From Diplonema japonicum (taxonomy: Eukaryota; Protista; Euglenozoa: Diplonemea), in NCBI GenBank assembly GCA_964019335.1, contig OZ025651.1, positions 1-64,000 on the forward strand: a stretch of 64,000 nt of DNA, read 5' to 3'. The notes under the pieces are model-generated. The model was not told the DNA's origin. It worked only from the letters and a program-made list of their open reading frames with translations, and did no database searches. Each line of letters starts with the position of its first letter. Positions within the stretch are counted from its first letter, which is position 1. Below, piece by piece: positions 45,280 to 55,776 of this stretch. The position numbers and the translations under genes are program-made.

Positions 45280-46650
45280 CTACTGAATGCTTTTTTGCAT
45301 GTCCTTCTGTGACCGTGTGGCGAAGCTTGTCGTGCCAGTGCCAACAGAGCGCTGTGATGTCCATGTTTCTGCTAAGTCGCGAAGCTCCTTGCCTGCCTTT
45401 TCACCCTTTTCCACGGATTCTTTCGCTGCTTTCAAGTCATCCAAGCAAAAATCAACGGAACCTGAGCCCGCTGAGAGTAATTTAGTTTGCTTTCTCTTCA
45501 GGGACACAATCCTTATCCCTTCTTCCAGCCCAATCAATGCCTGACTTTTGTTGTTCTCACTCACCATCTGTGACGCCGCTATTATCGCCTTGCTTGTCAT
45601 GTCAGTAAGTTCTGCCCTAACAAAGTTCAGGTCTGCGGGTACATCGGGAGTAGCTACCCTCGACACCTCAATGTTGACAGTTTCCTCCTCTATCCTGCCA
45701 CTCGTAGAGTTGTACACAATCGTTGCAGTACCTAGTATGCATTTCGTGTCAGGCTGGTCGATGATGGGAGGCAGCTTCATCGAAACGATAAATGACAGTT
45801 GCTGGCCTATGATGATATTATTTATGTTCAACGTGAGGCACCGCTGGTCGGCCGACAGCGTTTTCTTGTTGGCATCACTAACTACTGTGATTTCTTCCAG
45901 CACGTTGGGGCTGAACAGAACGCCCTCTTTCAGCTGCACTGTAATTGTGATGTCCATTGCCGCCACTGAGAATAGCGCACCTATGGCCGATGCGAAGTAT
46001 TCAACTGTGTTCTTCTCACGGATTGCGTGGTAACTGCCGCCACCGCTTTGGGATATGGCACGGAGCATAACGTCGTTGCAGTCATTTCCGTATTCGAAAG
46101 TGCTGATGGCGATGTTGTTGTTGTTCAGTCTGATCACGTGCTCTGTCATCGTGTCTGCTGATGTGATCCCTGCATTCACAGCCCCGTCTGTGAAGAGCCA
46201 CAGCGCACGGTACACAGAGTTGTCGGTGATCTGAGTCTTTAGCATTTCTCGCAAGCCGAGGGTGATCCCAGCCTCAATGTTCGTCCCTTTGCTGTGTTTC
46301 ATGTTGGTGATGGCCGTCTTGGCACGTGTCCTCCCTGCGTCATCCATATATAAGGGGGGCAGTATCACCTCCGCTTCTTTGCTGTAAAGTACAATCCCGA
46401 ACATGTCACTCTCGCCCAGCACCCTGCAGCCGCTGACAGTGTTTTCGAGAAGCAACATAAGGGACTTCTTCGCTTTTTGTATATTTTCTCCCTTCATAGA
46501 CTGTGATCGGTCGATGACAGCCATCAGGAACACAGGTCGTTCCTTCTCCTTCTCCTGTTTCTCGCCTCCGAGTACAAAACTGACCCTCGACTCTGTTGCC
46601 CCCTTACCAACTTCGCAGAATTCAAACCAGTGAGACAAGACGAGGCCCAT
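45280..46650 (-). CDS. von Willebrand factor A domain protein (possibly N-myristoylated)
   Basis: MIDAS motifs DRSQSM, GTNIEAG and LFTDG; N-terminus MGLVLS. Confidence 0.85.
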   Translation of the reverse strand: MGLVLSHWFEFCEVGKGATESRVSFVLGGEKQEKEKERPVFLMAVIDRSQSMKGENIQKAKKSLMLLLENTVSGCRVLGESDMFGIVLYSKEAEVILPPLYMDDAGRTRAKTAITNMKHSKGTNIEAGITLGLREMLKTQITDNSVYRALWLFTDGAVNAGITSADTMTEHVIRLNNNNIAISTFEYGNDCNDVMLRAISQSGGGSYHAIREKNTVEYFASAIGALFSVAAMDITITVQLKEGVLFSPNVLEEITVVSDANKKTLSADQRCLTLNINNIIIGQQLSFIVSMKLPPIIDQPDTKCILGTATIVYNSTSGRIEEETVNIEVSRVATPDVPADLNFVRAELTDMTSKAIIAASQMVSENNKSQALIGLEEGIRIVSLKRKQTKLLSAGSGSVDFCLDDLKAAKESVEKGEKAGKELRDLAETWTSQRSVGTGTTSFATRSQKDMQKSIQ

Positions 46651-47138
46651 TTTTTTGCCTTTTTTATCCTTCCCTTGGTGAAGAAAATAAGCTTTTCACG
46701 AAGAACCGAAGTGTAGGCGTAAGGTAATAATGAGGAGGAGAGATAAAGAGGAACAGAAAAAAAAAGAAAGCTATTCTTTAAAGGTATGCGTTTTTGCGCT
46801 CACCTCCCTGCTGTCCCCGTTCTGGGGGCTCCGGCGGATTCCTACTGCGGTGGTCAAACTGCTGGGCAGCGTTGTCGGGGTCTGCGACAAATAGACGCCC
46901 GGATAGAAGCCCACGACGCTGTCATGGTTCGCTCCGAGAGCACCGGCCTCCTGTCATACCCATCTGTGGTCGGCGTCCTATCAGCACAGGGAGTTGACGT
47001 GCTACATTCGCCGGAACGCTGCCACCTGCCATCAGCATGGTAGATGTACATTGTATTTTATGTAATTATTTTCGTACTTTATGTCATTTACTATGTTCGT
47101 ATTGCAACCACATACACAGAGGAATGGTCCACACACAG

Positions 47139-47460
47139 GAGGTCTCTGCCTTGAAGAAGGAGCTCGCGAAGCTCGGGAGGCTCAACCGGCAGCTGCACAA
47201 CGATGCGCTACACGATTCCGAGGCGTACGATAAGAGCGGCAGGAGCAGACGAGCACCGTCAAAGATTTGGAAAGGAAGCTGAGCGAGGCAAAAAGCGACG
47301 GCACAGACACGCAAAGACGAAGAGGATGGAACACGAGAACGACGAGATGCGGCAGCAGCTGAACTAGGCGCTTGTGAAGCAGAAGCTGTACGACGTGCCT
47401 GTGGGGCAGCAGGGGTTCTGTGAAGCAGGCAAAGATCAACTCGCTCGACAGGCCGCCATA
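47139..47460 (+). pseudogene. Frameshifted coiled-coil gene relic on the opposite strand
   Basis: EVSALKKELAKL... / RQEQTSTVKDLERKLSEAK / KRMEHENDEMRQQLN*ALVKQKL fall in shifting frames with an internal stop. Confidence 0.35.
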
Positions 47461-48460
47461 AAGCCTGTTGTGCTCACTGCAAGCGACGACGAGGTACAGG
47501 TACACGTCAGCACATATCGCAGCCTCAAATAAAAGAGAACAAAAAAGAGAGCCAACGTTTGCAACTCGGTGCAAAGGAGAAAAGGGGTAAATTGATGGAG
47601 GGGGGCACCCCGTTTCCCCGCTCCATCCCTCCTCCGGCCACAAGAACTCAAAAAGAAGGGAAACAAACAGAAACTATAAGAAAAGAAATGGGGGGGGGGG
47701 GGAACCCCCCCAACATGCTACACCGATATATTTTATCCTGGGACGCAGTCTGACCTCTCCTAGTAATCCGTGAACATTTGGAGAACGAGAGGTAATCCTT
47801 TTTATTTTCATTTTCTGCTGTCTTTTCTTTTTCATTGTTCCTTCCAGTTGCTGCCCCAACACCATCCTGGGTGTTCTGTGCTCCATCCACCCCTTTTTCC
47901 CCTTCTCTTTTCTTTTCTTATTTAATATTTCCCCCTCTGTACCCCCATTATTATCTTTCCTTTTTCCCCCCCTCTCCCCTCTTCTTCTGTGTCCCAATAA
48001 AAACAAAGTAATAATAACACTGGTGAAAAATAAAAAAATCGGTAATTTCAGTGTGCTGGGGGGAGGGGGGCTCACTGTGAAAAAATTCTGTTTTTTTTCG
48101 ATACTGTTATGCAAGGAACTGATTCATCCCCGGGGGGGGAGGGAGGGGGACGGGTTTATTTCCTGAGAAAAAGAATTTTTTGCCCTAACAAGATTCGCAT
48201 TTTTTAGGAAACACTTTTCGAGGTGAATAGGCTGTTGGCTTTGCAAAATTCGGAGTGATGCTTGCTGAAGGGGCAAAACAGCAACAATCCCTCCTTCTCC
48301 TGCTCGGCTGAATCCTAATGTCGGCAAGCCACAGTCGAAGGCGTTCCGTGAAAGTTGGCCGTGTCTTTCTTTTTTTCTTCTTCTGCACCACCAGTACTTT
48401 CTTTTCTCCCTTTTTTTTCTTTATTTTCCCTTTTTCTTTATTTTCTTCTTCTTTTCTCTT

Positions 48461-49866
48461 TCACATCTCAGGGGCGCTCCTTTCGCCTATGATCAGATTC
48501 TTTTCTTTTGAAGAGATTGCGGCTTCTTGATCCCCCTTTCTAAGGTCTTCAAAGGAGTTGACCACGGAGTTGAGGAGGGTAGTGAGTTCTGTGACAGACT
48601 TGGATTCGATTTGGGGATCGAGACGGTCGGGGCTGGGCAGCTCGGTAGGTGGCGCTTCGGTTTCGGTTTCAGCTTCGTCTTCAGGTTCTTGTTCTTCTGC
48701 TTCTGCTTCTCCACCGTCGCCGTCTGTCTCGTCGCTGGCGTCCCAGAAGGGGTGTTTGAGCGCGTCTTCAGCTGACATTCGGTCCTCGGGATCGAATTTG
48801 ATCATTTTATCAACTAGATCGCAAAAGATCTCTAGGTTCTCCACCCCTTTCCCCAATTTCTCCCTCTCGTGTCGTATCACGTCAATGATTTTGACAACCT
48901 CCTTCTCGGGCTGCGTCTGCATGAACTCCCTGGCACGCACAGACACAATCTTCCCCAAAACAGCTTCAGAAGGCTTCGGCACGACCTTAAGTATCGAAAG
49001 CAGCTGCCCTCTAATATCACGCCCCTCAAACAGAGGTTTTCCTATCGCCATCTCCACCAGAACGCAGCCTATGCTCCACAGATCTATCGCTGGAGAGTAA
49101 GCTCGGGTTTCAAGAAGAAGTTCCGGAGCTCTGTAGTACCTTGTCACCACGTACTCTGTCATGTCACCCCCGTCAAGATCCCGTGCGAGCCCGAAGTCAA
49201 CGACGCGTAGGTCGCACGCCTTGTTCACTACGATGTTGCTGTGTGGATGTTACTTGGAAGAAAAGAAAAAGACGGTTTTTTACCTTGGCTTCAAGTCCCG
49301 GTGCACCACGCCGCATTGATGCACGTAGGCCATCGCGTCCACAAGTTGGTACCCAAAATATTGAATATAGTTCATTTCTAGTGCTCTGTGCATTTCCAAG
49401 AGCTTCGTAAGGTCGACGTCAAGAAGCTGAAAAAATTGGGTTTCCCCCTTCCCCCCCCCCCCCATTGTTCAACGTACTTGCGTGACAAGGTAGATATCAT
49501 TCGTGTTCCGCTCAGTAGTGACGGTGGGGGCTGAGAACAAGTCAATCAAACTTATAATGTTGTTATGACTGAAGTGCCGAAGAACGACCACCTGTTTTTT
49601 TTCTTCTTTTCTTCGTAAAGAGAGGAGATGGATACCTCCCGCACCACCCTGCGGAGCTCCGGTAGCTGTTCCTTTCCGGAGGAGGGTATCGCGATCTTTT
49701 TTATTGCCACCTCCACCGTTTGATCCCCATCCTTTGTGGAAGCCTTACACACAGTCCCGTACTCCCCGTTGCCGATAACACTGTCTAGAAGGTATCTCGG
49801 CGGGACCGTGAAGTACGTATCCTTTACCTGGTACGACCTCCATCCCTTGTCCTCTAGCGTTACCAT
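48461..49866 (-). CDS. MAP kinase (TEY); introns 49592-49635, 49427-49477 and 49239-49283
   Basis: IGNGEYG, VAIKK, HRDLKP(S)N, DFGLAR and MTEYVVTRYYRAPE. Confidence 0.93.
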
Positions 49867-50088
49867 GGTTCCCCTCCCAACCGCCCAACCCCCCCTACTC
49901 CTCCCTTTAAGTAATTTACTTTCCCCCCTTTTATTTGTTTAGCAGGAGAACTCTCACCTACTCCCCTCACCGCCCACCCCTCCCCTCCCACCTACCTGGA
50001 AGGAAGCAAATTGAATGAAATCACATGGATTCACTAAAAACAAGTTAAATACAACATAGGTGAACGAACGCGGTAGGGCGCTTCTTTG

Positions 50089-50493
50089 TTATATCATCCA
50101 AGTGCGAGGGCTGCGTGGTTGCGGGGGTGGACGCTGTTGCTGGTGCAAGGGAGATACAAGAGGTATGGTTGAGGGGTTAACATGGAGGGTGTAAGACGGC
50201 CGCGACTCCCCGTATGTCGGGGTGAGGGCGTGGGGAGGCAGTGACGGCTGGACTTTTGCAGCTTGCTCTAATGCCTTTACTGCGTCACGAAGGCCTTGCA
50301 GTTCATCCTCCAGGGTGCCTTCATCCAAAATACGTGGGGGGAGAGCCAAGGCCTTTTTCGCAGGCGGCGGCCTCAATGGGGACATGCCTCTGCTGTCCCG
50401 CACATTTTCATGCCTCCTCCCTGTGTAAGGGCAGAAAGCACTGCTAGAGACATGCCGCCCGCATGCAGGACAACTCCGCTCACTGAAGACCAT
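50089..50493 (-). CDS. Small protein with an N-terminal CxxC...FCPxTGxxH zinc-ribbon-like motif and a short coiled coil
   Basis: SCPACGRHVSSSAFCPYTGRRH. Confidence 0.6.
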   Translation of the reverse strand: MVFSERSCPACGRHVSSSAFCPYTGRRHENVRDSRGMSPLRPPPAKKALALPPRILDEGTLEDELQGLRDAVKALEQAAKVQPSLPPHALTPTYGESRPSYTLHVNPSTIPLVSPLHQQQRPPPQPRSPRTWMI

Positions 50494-50599
50494 GTGCCCT
50501 CCCCTGAGATATGCATTATGTTTTTTACTGCTTCATCAATCTAATCATAATAAGAGAATAACAACAATCTTGCTACATCTTCCGTCTTGTATCATACAT

Positions 50600-52389
50600 T
50601 CAGTGTAGCGGGGGCTGCATAGGCGAACTGCTGAGCAAGCACGGTGCATGAGGCGGGTCTAAAGGCAGCATGTTCATCTCGTCCCCGTTGTCCAGCAAGG
50701 GTGTGCGCAGCTTGATGGGTGTTGTGGCCGGGTTTGCGGAAGAGCTCTTCGACAATCCTGAAGGTGCGAACAGCTGCACCACGATAAACAAAGAGAATGC
50801 ACACGACACCACCACGCTCCCCATGCAGGCCCAGAACTCCCCAGCTGTCCTCGGGAGTGAAATAGACAACCAAATAACTGTTGTTGTTGTTTGTTTCTTT
50901 TCTTTTTCTTTTATATTGTGCCAAGTAAACGCATACGTGTTGCCGCCATGAACAAGCATGGGCTTAGTATTCTGTATCTGCGTTCAATAGTGATAATGGA
51001 ACGCCTTGTCACAGGGAAGCTCCCGCAAATGAGCAGTGCCCGTGCTTCCTCCTGGTTCATAAAGGTATCAAGATGTGTCTCTGCAAAGTTGCACAACTCG
51101 TCGAATTCAATGGTGCCGCTCTGGTCGGTGTCACACTGATACACCCATTCTTGCACCTCCTCCACAGACAGATCGCACCCACGGTCCTCGGCAAATGCGA
51201 GTAACAACGACCCAAGGTCCTGTGTCGTGATGCTCCCTGTCTTCGAGTGGTCGTACAGTTTGAAGACCTCCTTCAGCTCGGCACGCTGCTTCCGGTGCTG
51301 CACTTCAGCTGGTCCCCCCTCCACCATGAGCGCGTCCCGCGGGCCTCGAAGCTTTGCTCGCTGTGCCCTCCGCTTCCCGATATCGCTCTCCAGCTTCGCA
51401 TGCCGCGTGGTGAGATAGTTCACCAACGCGTATTCACATGCATTAAAAAACAAGAATAAGAAGCATATGATGAAGTAGTAGTCCAAGGAAGTCAGGTACA
51501 CAGTTGTGGGGAGTTCCTTCGTCAGTGTGTACATCAGTGTCACAAGCATGAGAAGGGTTGTTGCTGCTATAGCGGTTCTTGCAGGGATAGACCCAGCGTC
51601 GATCCACAAGCCCACGAAGGAGATCGACACCACAAGCAAGAGAGGGATGAACATCGACACAATGTACCGAGACCTGTTCCGCTCGAACTTGTACTTGAAC
51701 TCCACCTTCGAGAATTCCACACCCGAGTAACTGGCTGGTGGTACAACAGTTACCTCCGGGCTTAACAGGCGGTAGGCACCTGACGAAGTGAGGGAGATGG
51801 AAAACCCAAAGGGAACCTCCTCCTTGCCTGCCACCCCCTCTTGGAGTATGTCGAAGATAAGGTCTCTTGTTGGGTAGCCATAGCTCTCGAGGACTGAGAC
51901 ACATTCTTGGGAATCAAAGGGGAAGTGCCTGAAGCTCATGTCGCAGAAGATGGTGAGGACCATGCGTTTGGACCATAAGATGAAACCGTCATGCCAGAGC
52001 TTCGTGTACTCCTCGCCATCAGGAGACTTGATCTCGTTGGAGTTGGCGAAGAAACTGTCAGGACGCCAAATGAGGTCCTCAGGCCGCAGCATGATCATCT
52101 CCACACCACAGTGCTCGGTGGCATTCCATGTGAGCCGTGTGTCCGTCCATCCATGCCGCATGAACATGTTCAGGTGTACAGTTTGGTCTGATGTACGAAT
52201 CTCATTGATCTTTGCAACGGTGGCTGAGAGGGAGATATTGGTGGGCTGTGCAGGAAGTCTTCCATAGTCGTAGCCTGAGAAGAGAAGGGCGACGAGGCGC
52301 TCAGTGGCCTTCCGATGTTCTGTGTCGTTGCATGCAGAAGCCGCATCCACGTAAAGCGCTACAACAAGCAGGTGAACAAAGGCAATCAT
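50600..52389 (-). CDS. Cys-loop pentameric ligand-gated ion channel subunit with intracellular EF-hand pair, copy 1 (576 aa); intron 50878-50936
   Basis: Signal peptide, WTDTRL, IWRPDSFFAN, Cys-loop CDMSFRHFPFDSQEC, ESYGY, M1-M3, M2 PAR..TT.L, EF-hands, then M4 and an extra helix after the intron. Confidence 0.92.
50807..52285. repeat. Tandem gene duplication, period 2167 nt (partner 52974-54452)
   Basis: Near-identical DNA including the intron, with short divergent patches. Confidence 0.95.
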
Positions 52390-52778
52390 CCTCAGCCATC
52401 CACCCCGCTGATAATTATCAATACATGAAGAAAGGGTTAAAGGAATATGTCTATTTTCATTCCACTGTTTTAAAACTCCAAAAGTGTGTTTACAGAGTAT
52501 TTTAACGTCAGCACGACGCCACTAGTTTATTGGTACTCACCACAGTAGCTAAACAGGGTGGTAAAAGATAAACGAAAGGAATCGAGAAACGGGAAAATGT
52601 TCTTTTTTTCCCCATTTCCTGCCACTACTGTTTCGTTTTCTTCTGTAAAAGGAGAGAGAAAAGAAATCCTGTATCGCAACTCATGGAACTGGTGACATTT
52701 GTCCAGACGAATATTATAATTCTGCCCCCCCCCCCTTACCCCCCACTCACCGCAAAGTGGGGGTTGGGGGGTTATTGG

Positions 52779-54556
52779 TTACAAATTGAAGATGTTGTTA
52801 GTGCTTCCCGTTTCGGGGGTGGGGCAAGAGGGGTCCAGAGCCATATTGTCTGCAGAGCTCTTGAACGATCGAGGTGTGCTGCAAGAGTGCGTCTTCTTCA
52901 ACATCGGTGGCCGCTTCCTGCCAAACCATTTCCGTGGCGGGACCCAAGTAACCAACAACGTGAAGAGTGACACCACCACCACGCTCCCCATGCAGGCCCA
53001 GAACTCCCCAGCTGTCCTCGGGAGTGAAATAGACAACCAAATAACTGTTGTTGTTGTTTGTTTCTTTTCTTTTTCTTTTATATTGTGCCAAGTAAACGCA
53101 TACGTGTTGCCGCCATGAACAAGCATGGGCTTAGTATTCTGTATCTGCGTTCAATAGTGATAATGGAACGCCTTGTCACAGGGAAGCTCCCGCAAATGAG
53201 CAGTGCCCGTGCTTCCTCCTGGTTCATAAAGGTATCAAGATGTGTCTCTGCAAAGTTGCACAACTCGTCGAATTCAATGGTGCCGCTCTGGTCGGTGTCA
53301 CACTGATACACCCATTCTTGCACCTCCTCCACAGACAGATCGCACCCACGGTCCTCGGCAAATGCGAGTAACAACGACCCAAGGTCCTGTGTCGTGATGC
53401 TCCCTGTCTTCGAGTGGTCGTACAGTTTGAAGACCTCCTTCAGCTCGGCACGCTGCTTCCGGTGCTGCACTTCAGCTGGTCCCCCCTCCACCATGAGCGC
53501 GTCCCGCGGGCCTCGAAGCTTTGCTCGCTGTGCCCTCCGCTTCCCGATATCGCTCTCCAGCTTCGCATGCCGCGTGGTGAGATAGTTCACCAACGCGTAT
53601 TCACATGCATTAAAAAACAAGAATAAGAAGCATATGATGAAGTAGTAGTCCAAGGAAGTCAGGTACACAGTTGTGGGGAGTTCCTTCGTCAGTGTGTACA
53701 TCAGTGTCACAAGCATGAGAAGGGTTGTTGCTGCTATAGCGGTTCTTGCAGGGATAGACCCAGCGTCGATCCACAAGCCCACGAAGGAGATCGACACCAC
53801 AAGCAAGAGAGGGATGAACATCGACACAATGTACCGAGACCTGTTCCGCTCGAACTTGTACTTGAACTCCACCTTCGAGAATTCCACACCCGAGTAACTG
53901 GCTGGTGGTACAACAGTTACCTCCGGGCTTAACAGGCGGTAGGCACCTGACGAAGTGAGGGACATGGAAAACCCAAAGGGAACCTCCTCCCTGTCCACCA
54001 TCTCTTTTTCAAAGAGAGAATACACAAGGTCGGTCGTAGGGTAGCCATAGCTCTCGAGGACTGAGACACATTCTTGGGAATCAAAGGGGAAGTGCCTGAA
54101 GCTCATGTCGCAGAAGATGGTGAGGACCATGCGTTTGGACCATAAGATGAAACCGTCATGCCAGAGCTTCGTGTACTCCTCGCCATCAGGAGACTTGATC
54201 TCGTTGGAGTTGGCGAAGAAACTGTCAGGACGCCAAATGAGGTCCTCAGGCCGCAGCATGATCATCTCCACACCACAGTGCTCGGTGGCATTCCATGTGA
54301 GCCGTGTGTCCGTCCATCCATGCCGCATGAACATGTTCAGGTGTACAGTTTGTTCGGAGGTACGAATCTCATTGATCTTTGCAACGGTGGCTGAGAGGGA
54401 GACATCTATAGGTTGTGCTGGCAGCCTTCCATAGTCATAGCCTGAGAAGAGACTGGATATGATCTGCTGACTAGCTTGCCGCTGTTCAGCGAAGGTACAA
54501 TTTTCTGCAACTGCAACCTGTATGGGGAAAAGACACAACAATACTACGCTGCGCAT
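52779..54556 (-). CDS. Cys-loop pentameric ligand-gated ion channel subunit with intracellular EF-hand pair, copy 2 (572 aa); intron 53045-53103
   Basis: Same architecture as copy 1. Start MRSVVLLCLF at 54556 gives an exon 1 of identical length (1453 nt). Confidence 0.92.
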
Positions 54557-54794
54557 CACACCATGGCTTCGTCTCCTGAAGGCTCGGTAGTGGGGTCGTA
54601 AGAAACAAGAAAAAGAAGAAACTATAACGGATACCAGACACCAGACCACCTCACAAGATGAGAGAACGCAAAACCGTTGTGTCAAGGGAGGGGCAGTGGC
54701 GCTTGAAGAAAAAAAATCGTAAAAAAAAAAAAGAAAAAGGGGGGAGAAAAAAAAAAGACACACTATCTCCTCGATAATTCCCCTTTTACTTCTT

Positions 54795-55446
54795 TTATTC
54801 TTTTCTCCCTTCAAGTCTTTTTACCTCATCAAGAACTTCTGTTAGCACCTGTAAGATGTAAAGGTTAGCATCATTCAACACATACCTTTTTCACGCCTGG
54901 TGTATAGAGAACGCCTCTGTCGTCGAAGAACTGCCCTATGGACGCAGTGTGCTGCCCGATGCATAATGTTTTTTTGGTGGTGAAGGCATGGATGTGCTCA
55001 GGGATGCTGCCGGGGTGCTGGTGTGGGGAGAGAACTTCGACAACGACCTTGTACTCCGCTGCGAAGTTCGTCATGAATGTCTGGAGGCGGAGCCGTTGGC
55101 CTTTGGAGTTGGGGAGGGAGAGGAAAAGAGTGTCTTTCTCGACGTAGCTCATCAGAAGCTGCATCACCCCGCTGCATATCGCATACAGCACTGCACACAC
55201 AAACAGCATCGGCCTGTTAGCGGGGAACGGCACTGGCACTACGTGAGACAGCACCGCAACCCCAATTGCCGCCAGCCCAAGCCCGATCTTCGTGTTCGAC
55301 ATCCAATGGTCCGGCACATACCCCGCTTCCTCGATCAGTTTCAACACCTTGTCGTCGAGAGAATGCCTCAGCTGCTTGAAATCTTTCAGGTTCACCTGCA
55401 CCATGCTCGAAGGGTGCTCCTCCGGTACCTCGCTACGCAGCGGCAT
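54795..55446 (-). CDS. SPCS2: Signal peptidase complex subunit 2 (SPC25); intron 54849-54885
   Basis: LRHSLDD, two TM helices around PFPANR, YVEKD and SIGQFFDDRG. Confidence 0.88.
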
Positions 55447-55776
55447 ATTGTCGTCCCTTCAATATGACATGACAGAGGACTCAAAGCATGAAATAGTTAC
55501 TACAGCAGGGCAGGGCCGCAAGGAAAAGAGGAAAGAAATCAAAAGGAAAGGGCAAAGGAAAAGGGAAAAAAAGAAGCCCATCGGAGGTTTCGTTTCTCGG
55601 GGTGGTGGGTCAGCCCGGGGGACGGGTGAGGACACATATCACAAATACAGGCTGATGTACTATCAACGCCCACCACCATTAAAGTACCGAGTAACGTTCT
55701 TGGCCTAATCGACTAGTTTCTACTCAGTCACAAACGACACAATAGCTGAAACAAAAAAGAAACCTTTTTATATGTT

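Noticed and set aside
54557-54814. N-terminal extension of pLGIC copy 2 in the ORF track
   Set aside because: Low-complexity UTR that overlaps the SPCS2 last exon. The start at 54556 gives a signal peptide and exact collinearity with copy 1.
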